Of a stretch of 43,786 nucleotides of DNA, positions 7,875-16,571 are shown piece by piece. The DNA is from Bacteroidales bacterium (lineage in GTDB: Bacteria; Bacteroidota; Bacteroidia; Bacteroidales; B18-G4). A program made the position numbers and the translations under genes. The stretch spans positions 1-43,786 of the forward strand of contig JAUWGC010000002.1 of NCBI GenBank assembly GCA_030606625.1, written 5' to 3'. Each line of letters opens with the position of its first letter. Within the stretch, counting starts at the first letter, position 1. Below the pieces are notes generated by a model that was not told where the DNA came from, ran no database searches, and worked only from the letters and a program-made list of their open reading frames with translations.

Positions 7875-7890
7875 TTTTATCCGGATAAAA
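7875..7890. promoter_or_regulatory. Perfect 16-bp palindrome TTTTATCCGGATAAAA, 25 nt upstream of the purF-like start and downstream of the helicase stop
   Basis: The palindrome is read directly from the sequence. It could be an operator or a weak terminator, and the sequence alone does not decide between these. Confidence 0.25.
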
Positions 7891-7976
7891 TCAGTATGTT
7901 AATAAAATGTTTAAAATTTTTTGGAAAAATCATGGCAAGTCAAAGTGAAGAGTGACAATGTAAAAATGAAGAGATG

Positions 7977-9182
7977 TTATTTCTTTCTCTTTTTGTGGAA
8001 ATATCTCTTACCGCCCGACCGGGGGGCTTTACCCGGATTATATCCGGGGGCCTGTCCAAGTTGTGCCGGTAATCTGAGTTTCATTACCGATTCTCCCAAC
8101 AATCTTTCTATATCGGAAAACTTGCGTTGTTCTTTTTCATTGATGAAAGTGATGGCCACTCCTTCGGCAGTTGCCCTGGCCGTGCGCCCGATCCTGTGAA
8201 TATAATCCTCGGCATCATTGGGAACATCATAATTGATGACCAGGTCAATGTCTTCAATGTCTATTCCACGCGATAAAACATCCGTTGCCACAAGGATATT
8301 TGCTTTCCTGCTCCTGAAATCCCGTAACACTTTTTCCCGATCAGACTGCTCCAGGTCCGAATGGATCTCTTGGCTTATTATTCCTGTTTTTCTTAGCTCT
8401 TTGTTAAGTTGCTTCACGCTGCTTTTGGTAGAGCAAAAAATAAGTATGCTGCGAAGTTGTTTCCCCTCGAGCAAGTATTTCACCAGGGATACTTTCTGGG
8501 CATCATACAGGACATAGGCCACCTGAAGTACTTTTTCAACCGGTTTGGATATGGCAATACTAATCTCTTCCGGGTCATGCAGCACTTTCTTTGCCATTTC
8601 GCGTATCTTGGCCGGCATAGTAGCGGCAAAGAGGAGGTTTTGCCTTTTGGCAGGCAGGTTTGATATGATCCTCATGATATCTTCATAGAAGCCCATATCA
8701 AGCATACGGTCAGCTTCATCGAGGATCAGGTATTGCAAAGCCGACACCTTGACATAGCCCATGTTCAGGTGGGCAAGTAATCGGCCTGGTGTCCCAATAA
8801 TGATATCGGCACCTTCCGATAAGGCGATCTTTTCCTTTGTGAAAGATGTACCGTCAGTACCTCCGTAAACAGCAATGGAACTGACAGGTGTATAATATGA
8901 AAGTCCTTCCAGCTGCTGGTCTATCTGCATGGCCAGTTCGCGTGTAGGAACGATGACCAGTGCCTGTATATGTCCCTCCTGACCGGAGTTGATGATCTTA
9001 TGAATTACGGGAAGCAGGAAAGCTGCCGTCTTTCCCGTGCCTGTCTGTGCAATAGCTATAATGTCTTTCCCTTCCAGTATGGTAGGGATGGCTTTCTCCT
9101 GTATAGGTGTCGCATCTTCAAAGCCGAAAGATTCTATGCCTTCCAGCAGATGGTTATCAAGGTTAAATTCTTTGAAATTCAA
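7977..9182 (-). CDS. DEAD-box ATP-dependent RNA helicase (RhlE-like) with a basic C-terminal tail
   Basis: Motifs present: Q motif FEDATPIQ, motif I AQTGTGKT, motif II DEAD, motif VI HRIGRTAR, and tail KAPRSGGKRYFHKKRKK. The only start upstream of the Q motif in frame is TTG at 9182, because a TGA lies 10 codons upstream. Confidence 0.85.
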   Translation of the reverse strand: MNFKEFNLDNHLLEGIESFGFEDATPIQEKAIPTILEGKDIIAIAQTGTGKTAAFLLPVIHKIINSGQEGHIQALVIVPTRELAMQIDQQLEGLSYYTPVSSIAVYGGTDGTSFTKEKIALSEGADIIIGTPGRLLAHLNMGYVKVSALQYLILDEADRMLDMGFYEDIMRIISNLPAKRQNLLFAATMPAKIREMAKKVLHDPEEISIAISKPVEKVLQVAYVLYDAQKVSLVKYLLEGKQLRSILIFCSTKSSVKQLNKELRKTGIISQEIHSDLEQSDREKVLRDFRSRKANILVATDVLSRGIDIEDIDLVINYDVPNDAEDYIHRIGRTARATAEGVAITFINEKEQRKFSDIERLLGESVMKLRLPAQLGQAPGYNPGKAPRSGGKRYFHKKRKK

Positions 9183-9386
9183 ATCAATTGCTTCAAATGT
9201 GTGTGAAGGTCATTACAACGATAAAAGTAATATAATTCACGAAAAAGATGATCACACCCATCACCAGGGCACTGGCCAGAAAATTCGCATCTATTTCGAA
9301 ATGATGATCTTTTGCGAGAACATCTGCTTTCCGGCAGGTACACGTAGTAGATACAACCTGCTCTATAGCGGGGCAGGCTTTTTTGA

Positions 9387-9508
9387 TTTACGATACACGA
9401 TCTCCGATATACGATATACGATTTGATTTTCGATTCACGATTCACGAACAAGCGACATTTTGCAACGGCAACGGCAATCAGCTATTAGCAATCTGGTCAC
9501 AGGTCACT
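9387..9508. repeat. Composite phased short-repeat tract in a divergent intergenic region: (TAYACGA)n, (CACGATT)n, (CAACGG)2.5, (GGTCACN)n
   Basis: The first block reads tttacga tacacga tctccga tatacga tatacga tttgatt ttcgatt cacgatt cacgaac. It is followed by caacggcaacggcaa and then gcaatca gctatta gcaatct ggtcaca ggtcact. The tract shares attcacgattcacga with 42907..42997 and ggtcactga with 11487..11549. Confidence 0.75.
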
Positions 9509-9612
9509 GACCATGATTTTTATCATTTGTATTTATCTGAACATAATTATTTTTCATATTTTCGTATACTCAAGCGTATAGCTCCTGTCAAACTTACTGG
9601 AAAAATATATTT

Positions 9613-11469
9613 ATGCATATTTTACCGGAGAAATTCAGCGATATGACTTTAATAGTTTCCCGGGAGAAGAGGGTGTTTTTATTATTATCCCTGATTGTCT
9701 GGGTATATATTTGGTTAAGGGGCGTGAATGTCCCGATCACTATTGATGAAATGGCTACGTTTCTCATGTACGTTCAAACCAATCGCTTTATACCGCCGGA
9801 TATTATGTGGGACGCCAACAATCACTTTCTAAACTCTTTTTTATCTCTGTTGAGCTACCGCCTTTTTGGTTTTTCGGAACTTTCATTACGCTTGCCAAAC
9901 ATCCTGATAGCACCGGTTTATTTTTACTTTGTATATAAGATTGCAAATAGGATTAATCACCTGATACCCCGTTGGGCTTTCCTGCTGGCAATGATAGGAA
10001 CACAATTCATCATCGAGTTTTTCGGTTACACAAGAGGGTATGGCCTATCTCTGGCGTTTCTTACAGGCGCTCTTTACTTTTTATTATCTACATGGCAAAA
10101 GTACCGGTATTCATTTTTCAATTTAACCATTTTATTCATGGTCCTGGCTGTTTTGGCCAACCTTACACTGATTCCCACCGCCCTGATGGTATTCATTCTA
10201 CTGGTTCTCAGCCCTTCTTCCGATTCTGTTGAATCTAATAAAAGACGAAGGTTACTTATACGGACTGGTGTGATGGTTATAGCTGTGATGGTTATAGTAC
10301 TTCTCGCGATTTACTCGTTCAAGCTGCAAAACCTTGGACGATTGTATTATGGAAGCGAGGACGGTTTCCTGACAGTCACTGTGATGACCCTGGCAAAAAT
10401 GGTTGGGTATGAGGCAGGCTTATTATTCGGAGCATTTTTTATCCTGGCTTTTATCACAATAATAGCCGGGGCTATCCGGCTTCTGTTTCTCACGAGGGAT
10501 CAGGGGCTTAGGAGATTTTGCGATTTCCGGTTACTTTTTCCTGTCCTTCTTATTGGAAACATCATAGCCTCCTTGTTATTAAACCAGCTCTGGAATGTAA
10601 ATTTTCAGGAAGACAGGGCTGCTTTATATATGCTGCCGTTGTTTTTTGGTTCGTTATGTATTGTAATGGATGCCCAGGAAGGCAGGAGAAAATACCTTTG
10701 GCAGTATGCAACTCTTCCCTTGTACCTGATTCCCATAATAGGCATATTTCATGTAAGCCTTTATTCCACAGTATATGGCTATAACCAGATGGTGCCGCGA
10801 CAATTCACCAAAACGATCATTAGCGTAATGAATCAAAGGGAAATACCTCCTACCGTTGGAGGTTACCAGACACGCAGACAGCCCTGGGCATTCTATAATC
10901 GCATGGAAGGAGGTTTGTTGAATCCGTTATTCGCAAGTGATTACCCTAACTATTATACTGATTATATGATAATTAATGAGGATGAATTTTCCGACTTCCA
11001 CAATACTCACGAGATCGTAAGTTCGGTTGACAAGCTCCCGCTCCTGTTAATTAAAAGGAAAACAGAGCTTAATAAATTGCTATTGATAAGGAAAACACAT
11101 ATTGAAACACCTGAAAGGCTGGAATATGAATACTATAATCTGTTAGAAGCCGGTGTTGACACCTTGATTGGCAAAACAATATACATTTCACTCGAATTCA
11201 CAGTAGAAGGCAGCGGAACGCCTTTCGAAGGAGTATTTGTAGCATCAGTTTTCGACAGTACCCGGCAAACACTCCGTTACGAGGCAACAGATCTTGATCA
11301 GCTTAAACCAACATGGACACACGAAGAAGGAAATTTCAGGCATGCCATGCTTATCCCCTCCTTACCGGAAAAATCAAATACACTCATCATATATTTCTGG
11401 AACAAGAGAAAAACCGGATATTCATTAAACAACGGAACAATAGAGGTTTTTTGCGTATCGGAAAACTGA
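9613..11469 (+). CDS. Polytopic membrane protein, possibly a GT-C fold (ArnT/PMT-like, GT39-type) glycosyltransferase with a C-terminal soluble domain
   Basis: 618-aa ORF with about 10-12 hydrophobic helices in the first 400 aa, an early DE-containing loop (PITIDEMATF) and a soluble tail of about 200 aa. The family assignment rests on architecture only. Confidence 0.35.
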   Translation: MHILPEKFSDMTLIVSREKRVFLLLSLIVWVYIWLRGVNVPITIDEMATFLMYVQTNRFIPPDIMWDANNHFLNSFLSLLSYRLFGFSELSLRLPNILIAPVYFYFVYKIANRINHLIPRWAFLLAMIGTQFIIEFFGYTRGYGLSLAFLTGALYFLLSTWQKYRYSFFNLTILFMVLAVLANLTLIPTALMVFILLVLSPSSDSVESNKRRRLLIRTGVMVIAVMVIVLLAIYSFKLQNLGRLYYGSEDGFLTVTVMTLAKMVGYEAGLLFGAFFILAFITIIAGAIRLLFLTRDQGLRRFCDFRLLFPVLLIGNIIASLLLNQLWNVNFQEDRAALYMLPLFFGSLCIVMDAQEGRRKYLWQYATLPLYLIPIIGIFHVSLYSTVYGYNQMVPRQFTKTIISVMNQREIPPTVGGYQTRRQPWAFYNRMEGGLLNPLFASDYPNYYTDYMIINEDEFSDFHNTHEIVSSVDKLPLLLIKRKTELNKLLLIRKTHIETPERLEYEYYNLLEAGVDTLIGKTIYISLEFTVEGSGTPFEGVFVASVFDSTRQTLRYEATDLDQLKPTWTHEEGNFRHAMLIPSLPEKSNTLIIYFWNKRKTGYSLNNGTIEVFCVSEN

Positions 11470-11486
11470 ATGAAACCTGTGAAGAA

Positions 11487-11549
11487 GTCGACAGTCGACA
11501 GTCGACAGTCGACCAGCATTCTGGTCACTGATCACTCGTCACTGGTCAC
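11487..11549. repeat. Heptamer tandem tract filling a convergent intergenic gap: (GTCGACA)x4, one linker unit, then (TGGTCAC-like)x4
   Basis: The units read gtcgaca gtcgaca gtcgaca gtcgacc agcattc tggtcac tgatcac tcgtcac tggtcac. Each GTCGAC core is palindromic, so the tract can fold into a hairpin. The last unit contains the stop codon (11546-11548) of the minus-strand CDS. Confidence 0.8.
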
Positions 11550-13612
11550 TTCCTAATTAATATTATCTTCCCCATTCCAACCAGTTCTCCTGCCTGAATT
11601 CTATAGTAGTAAATTCCTGCCGGTAATGCATCAGCGTCCCATTGTATTTGATGCCTGCCTTTTGGCTGAGATTGTTGAATAAGTTCTTCGGCTTGCTGGC
11701 CATTTGAGTTGAATATTTGGATAGTGACGGCTGATTGCCTTTCGAGTTGGTATTCGATGGTTGTTGCGGAGGAAAAGGGATTGGGATATACAAGCAGTTC
11801 AGGTTGTTTCTGTTCAATATCTTCAATATCGACATGATCGGCCACTGTGATGTAATCGACCTTGATCTCGGTCTGACTGTTCGTCCCATCCGAAACAGTT
11901 AATTTCACTGTATATTTTCCTGGTTGTGAATAGAAAAACACCGGGTTTCTGACTGTCGCATCAACCGTATCGTTGTTGTCAAAATCCCACTCCCACGAGG
12001 TGATCAAACCCAGCGACAGATCCGTAAACTGGATTTGAGACAAAGGCTGAACATAAGTAGAATCGGCAATAAAATCAGCATCAATTCCATTATCACCCAG
12101 AATGGTAAATGATTTTGTGGTAATGGCCACAAGAGTATCCGCTCCTTCAACCAGCATGTATTTCAGGAAGCAGTTATTCGTAGAAATGGTTTGGGGAATT
12201 ATCCATTGGTACCGTCCTGAATTTGGTGTGCCTGTGGTCAGTATTATCCATGGCCCGATACTACCCCGGAGTGAATAAGCAATCTTTACTTGTGCACCCG
12301 ATGATTGCGGAACAGCACTGACCCAGTCAGTGAACTGTACCGAACCTTGCCTGAATACTTCTTTCCCTTTTGGGAAAACGGTTTTAATGCTTGACTGTAA
12401 TAATGGCGTTGTTTCTTTAAAACATTTCAAATGGTTTTGGTCGTTGGGCCATGAGCCTTCTTTTTCCACCAGGGTCATGTCAGGAAACCCGTTACGGTCC
12501 ACATCGCCTCCTGCCCTGAAAGCGGCGCAATTGCCATTGTTCGACGTTATAGTATTAAACACCTGTATCCATATTATAAGATCATTGTCATCCAATAAAA
12601 CGCCACGCCATACCGTCAGCGTCGCATTTCCAAAGGCTGCGATATCCATAAAACCATCAGTATTGAAATCGCATAGCTGAACTTCCTGGTAATTTCCTGA
12701 GGATGGCAGGCTTCCGGAATTATCAACCCACAGGTTGTTGATCTCATCAAAAACCCAAACCATGATGCCACCATCCGGGTTAATATAAGCCAGGTCTTTA
12801 CCACCGTCATTATTTACATCCTTCAGGTCGGGCCCGTACATGGGAAAAGAATATTGAGGGAGGTTATAATCTGCATTTGTGAAGTTGCCTGTACCATCGC
12901 CGAAAAATGCTATTCCAGCGTCGTGGGTTACAACAAAGTCGACATTGCCATCTTTGTTGATATCGCCGAACACAAAGCGCATATTGGAATTCCCGGGAAG
13001 GATGCCAAAACTCTGTATCCAGGTTCCATCGCCCTGGTTGATATAAATATGAAGTCCGGAGCCGGATCCGAATGAGTTGGTGCCGATATCAAGATCTCCA
13101 TCATTGTCCACATCAGCAAAATCGGTTCCGAACAAGCCCCAGGTTTCACCGTTCGTGGCCAGGCCATCGTCCCAGGGTGTCCAGTTTACACCGCTGCCGT
13201 CGCCCAGAGCAACTTCAAGAAGCTGGTCGCCAAAGTCGGTTGACGAATAATTGTGATGCATTCCATATCCCACATCCCAATTACCATCATTATTTACATC
13301 GCCAATGGCTATTCCTCCATACCCAAAATTACCTGTCATTTGCACACTCCAGTTTCCAGCTCCGTCGCCAAACCAAACCATGATTCCATGCTCCTGTGAA
13401 TTGATATTCGGGCAGCCATGATCGCCGATAGAAAGAATATCTACAAACCCGTCCATGTCGATATCAGCAAATTCCAGCTCGGTCTTACCACTTTCCCATG
13501 AAGGATAGCTCATGCCGGTTGAACTTTCAATATATTGAAACGAACTTTCGTTTTGACTGTAAGATAACATGCAAAGAAGCAAAATGCCTGAGATTAAGTA
13601 TATTTTTTTCAT
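11546..13612 (-). CDS. Secreted FG-GAP/VCBS-repeat protein with a PKD domain and a T9SS type A CTD
   Basis: There are repeated calcium-binding-like loops (DIDMDGFVDI, DVNNDGNWDV, DVDNDGDLDI, DINKDGNVDF, DFNTDGFMDI). The PKD-like segment is ...WEWDFDNNDTVDATVRNPVFFYSQPGKYTVKLTVSDG. The CTD reads VYPNPFSSATTIEY...IFNSNGQ...GIYYYRI. The likely start is MKKIYLISGILLL at 13612; the ORF extends to 13642. Confidence 0.8.
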   Translation of the reverse strand: MKKIYLISGILLLCMLSYSQNESSFQYIESSTGMSYPSWESGKTELEFADIDMDGFVDILSIGDHGCPNINSQEHGIMVWFGDGAGNWSVQMTGNFGYGGIAIGDVNNDGNWDVGYGMHHNYSSTDFGDQLLEVALGDGSGVNWTPWDDGLATNGETWGLFGTDFADVDNDGDLDIGTNSFGSGSGLHIYINQGDGTWIQSFGILPGNSNMRFVFGDINKDGNVDFVVTHDAGIAFFGDGTGNFTNADYNLPQYSFPMYGPDLKDVNNDGGKDLAYINPDGGIMVWVFDEINNLWVDNSGSLPSSGNYQEVQLCDFNTDGFMDIAAFGNATLTVWRGVLLDDNDLIIWIQVFNTITSNNGNCAAFRAGGDVDRNGFPDMTLVEKEGSWPNDQNHLKCFKETTPLLQSSIKTVFPKGKEVFRQGSVQFTDWVSAVPQSSGAQVKIAYSLRGSIGPWIILTTGTPNSGRYQWIIPQTISTNNCFLKYMLVEGADTLVAITTKSFTILGDNGIDADFIADSTYVQPLSQIQFTDLSLGLITSWEWDFDNNDTVDATVRNPVFFYSQPGKYTVKLTVSDGTNSQTEIKVDYITVADHVDIEDIEQKQPELLVYPNPFSSATTIEYQLERQSAVTIQIFNSNGQQAEELIQQSQPKGRHQIQWDADALPAGIYYYRIQAGELVGMGKIILIRK

Positions 13613-13726
13613 CTGTTTAGAATTTCTTATTAAAATCTTCATGATAGTCTCTCCAGCTGGCGCTTGTTTGTAACGAGCGCCTATTTCCTGCGGGTTTCCA
13701 CTTCATACTATATTAAATAACACGAC

Positions 13727-16300
13727 TCAATAAACACACAATTTCTGTGTATATCGTGTATCAGAAGTAATTATGCTGACAACGTAAATACCCGGAGAGA
13801 ATTTTGAAACATCCACAATTTCCTTATCTGTTCGCATTTCGGAGTTGAACATAAGCTCTCCGTTTATATTTATTATTTGGAAAGTCGCAGAGGTTTGCTG
13901 TTCAGGGTATTCAATGAAAAGATTATCTTTCGCAGGGTTCGGGTATACCTTTAATCCTTCCACATCCAGAGAAGCTATACTTCCTGTATTTTCCACCTCA
14001 ATAATAACTAAGCAGGTATCTGAGAGCCCTTCACCATCAAAAAGCTGATAAGTAAAAAAATCATCTCCATAAAAATCAATATCAGGGGTATATGAAAAAG
14101 ACCCGTCGTAATGCAGATATACATCCCCATGAATTGCGCAATCTGTTATTCCCGCCACCATGGAGTTGCCGTCAATATCATAATCATTATGCATCACACC
14201 TACTTCTTCATCAATAAAAAGTGTAATATTTTGCTTTGTGGAGTATTCATCACAATATGCGATCGGTGGACTATTAAACACATAAAGGGACTCTTCGATA
14301 ACGGCAACACATGCTTTTTCCACTTCTTTAATCTCAGTTACAAAATTCCATGGTTCCCAGGTAAAACGGGTGGAAGGTGTAACACTGTGATGATCATGGA
14401 ATACTGATATTGAAATACCATCAGAGATCGTATCTTCCGTTTCAAATGTATCCCTGTTATCATTCATAACCTTTAAATGGCTGGGATCGACAAATTGGAT
14501 CAAGGACCATGGCAGACGGATATCGATTGAATCAATACCAATGACTACGGCGTCTGTGCTGGAAGGTGGCCAATCAAACCGCCGCACTTTCAAATCACCT
14601 ATGTATTGAATCTCAAAGTCCGGATCACTGTTTTTCCACCGGACGATATCCCAGGGTGCACCATTAGAAGGTATGGAATGATATAACTGGTCGGGGCCTG
14701 ATATTCCATGCCAGATGCCAAAAAGGTCATATGCCCGGGTTACATAAAGCTCTGCGGAATAACTGGTGATCCTCAATGCAAATTCAGCCCTGTTAACTAC
14801 TTGATCCCCCGTTGGTAAAATAGACTCTCCCAGATCTGCAGCATATGTATCTATGGATATCCATATTGTATCCATATCATTCATCTCTTCGCTGAACATC
14901 AATTGAAAATGGAAAAAGTCATAATCCCCGGCAGCATATATTTCCGTAACCGGGCAGGTATCCGGGAATGTATCCCAAAGTTGATATTCAAGAGCTTCTT
15001 TTCTGAAAGCAATCATTCCGAAATTTTGTTCTGCTCCGGTCACATTATGCCAAAGAACCCTGCTTTCAATATTATAATCAATGGGGTCGGTTATCCAGGT
15101 ACGTTTAAACCATTCATCTATCCAGGCAAATTGTATCCCGCCACCACAGCCAACATCCTGAATATTATGGAGCAAGCGGATATAATTCAACCCTTGTTGT
15201 TTTTCATCGAAGCCTCCATGATTCATCCCACTTTGTGCATAATGAGCAACACCCCAGCTTGAAGGCGTGCCGTACTCTGCGATGATCAGCGGAAAACGGT
15301 AGTAATGGTTTTTTAAATCCGTTATGTATCCAAGATAACTATTTGGTCCCAGATAGTCGAAATATGTTTGATATTCGGGGTCTAAACTAACGAAGTCCGG
15401 ATAATAGGGATAACTGTGATAGCTTGCAAAATATCCTGCAGGTGCATTTGTAAACTCCAGATTTGCCAAGTCAATGGAGGCTGTGTCTTCATCGGGAAAA
15501 AGCCCATAAGGATGTTTAATAGGATCAAGTGTAGGCCAGCTGGAAAAGCTTACAGGCCGCTCGGTTTGATATTGAGATCTTTCATAAATGATCAGCTTTT
15601 CAATCCTCTCAGTAATCCAGGTTTCAGCCGGGTTACCTGAAGGTAAGGAAAAAACTTGTCCGAAGTAAGAAGTATCATTTGAATGAAGTAAGTTTGTCTC
15701 TAATACTTCCTGAGGGGATAATTCCCTGCCTATGATATAAGCCATTACCCATTTCGAGACATCTGTATCGTATACTCCGAAAGCTTTACCAAATCTTGGC
15801 TCAATCACCTTGTTCCCATGCATACAATCTATGGTTTCTTCAATTAGAAGATCGAATGTATCAGTCAGAAAATAAAGGTCTTCATCATAATTTTCAAGTG
15901 CTTCTTCGAGCCATACCCCCTGGAAGATGTGAATCGGGTCTTTGGGATGGGCAAGGTTAAACGAATCCAGTACTTCATAAAACCTTGGATAATGCAATGT
16001 ATAAAGCCTGATCGTATTAAATCCTATTTCCCTGATCCTCTTGAGCCATCTGCTGTATTGTTCCCTTGTAGCAGCCAGTTGACCGGGGAAAGTACCTGGC
16101 ACAGCAACCCCAAGATTTATTCCTTTTACAAATACAGGAGTATAATCCACTCCATTCCAGATAGTCAGGTTGTTCTCATTTATGGAAAAAGGAACAGCAG
16201 TATTTGAACTACAAAATAAGTCTTCTGTTTGCGCATTTGATAATGGCAAAATGAAAAGAAGATTAATAAAACATACAATGATTCGTAAAGATATTCTCAT
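13727..16300 (-). CDS. Secreted putative glycoside hydrolase (TIM-barrel-like N-terminal region) with a cadherin/VCBS-like Ig domain and a T9SS type A CTD
   Basis: 857-aa ORF with a signal peptide. The segment FVKGINLGVAVPGTFPG...YSRWLKRIREIGFNTIRLYTLHYPRFYEVL resembles clan GH-A-like barrels. The segment NSPPIA..DEY...NDYDIDGNSM...DGSFSYTP...GDDFFTYQLFDG is Ig/cadherin-like. The CTD reads KVYPNPAKDNLFIEY...GIYVVSI. I cannot assign a specific GH family by eye. Confidence 0.55.
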   Translation of the reverse strand: MRISLRIIVCFINLLFILPLSNAQTEDLFCSSNTAVPFSINENNLTIWNGVDYTPVFVKGINLGVAVPGTFPGQLAATREQYSRWLKRIREIGFNTIRLYTLHYPRFYEVLDSFNLAHPKDPIHIFQGVWLEEALENYDEDLYFLTDTFDLLIEETIDCMHGNKVIEPRFGKAFGVYDTDVSKWVMAYIIGRELSPQEVLETNLLHSNDTSYFGQVFSLPSGNPAETWITERIEKLIIYERSQYQTERPVSFSSWPTLDPIKHPYGLFPDEDTASIDLANLEFTNAPAGYFASYHSYPYYPDFVSLDPEYQTYFDYLGPNSYLGYITDLKNHYYRFPLIIAEYGTPSSWGVAHYAQSGMNHGGFDEKQQGLNYIRLLHNIQDVGCGGGIQFAWIDEWFKRTWITDPIDYNIESRVLWHNVTGAEQNFGMIAFRKEALEYQLWDTFPDTCPVTEIYAAGDYDFFHFQLMFSEEMNDMDTIWISIDTYAADLGESILPTGDQVVNRAEFALRITSYSAELYVTRAYDLFGIWHGISGPDQLYHSIPSNGAPWDIVRWKNSDPDFEIQYIGDLKVRRFDWPPSSTDAVVIGIDSIDIRLPWSLIQFVDPSHLKVMNDNRDTFETEDTISDGISISVFHDHHSVTPSTRFTWEPWNFVTEIKEVEKACVAVIEESLYVFNSPPIAYCDEYSTKQNITLFIDEEVGVMHNDYDIDGNSMVAGITDCAIHGDVYLHYDGSFSYTPDIDFYGDDFFTYQLFDGEGLSDTCLVIIEVENTGSIASLDVEGLKVYPNPAKDNLFIEYPEQQTSATFQIININGELMFNSEMRTDKEIVDVSKFSPGIYVVSIITSDTRYTQKLCVY

Positions 16301-16571
16301 AACTAACTATAAACGGTTATTCATTTGTTAAAAGTATATAATAATAATTAATTTTATGCATCAAATAACAAATTAAATATGCTACTTGCATGATTTTAAA
16401 TAACCTTGTTCTTTTTTGTTCGTATAATCCTCAAAATTATTTGATTAGGATTTCGATTCTTCGAAACCTGTTCAATTAGCTTAAACAATTAGAGTTAAAT
16501 CTCTATCGCACGATAAGTTGTAATCTTCGAATTGCAGCGGGGAGCGGTATAATTTTTAAAGAGAAATATCA

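Noticed and set aside
9183-9386. A minus-strand open frame upstream of the helicase that encodes a convincing TM helix: ...AKDHHFEIDANFLASALVMGVIIFFVNYITFIVVMTFTHI*.
   Set aside because: There is no ATG, GTG or TTG between the upstream TAA, which lies at the edge of the heptamer tract, and the last 24 codons. It could be a gene remnant truncated by the repeat tract, but I cannot support it as a CDS.
9387-11549. A CRISPR array interpretation of the short repeat tracts.
   Set aside because: The units are 6-7 nt and directly abutting, with no spacers of 25-40 nt. No cas genes are present. They are microsatellite-like heptamer repeats.
13659-13681. The hairpin GGCGCT-N11-AGCGCC between the glycoside-hydrolase-like gene and the FG-GAP gene, considered as a terminator.
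   Set aside because: The stem is only 6 bp and no U tract follows on the transcribed (minus) strand. The two genes may well be co-transcribed.
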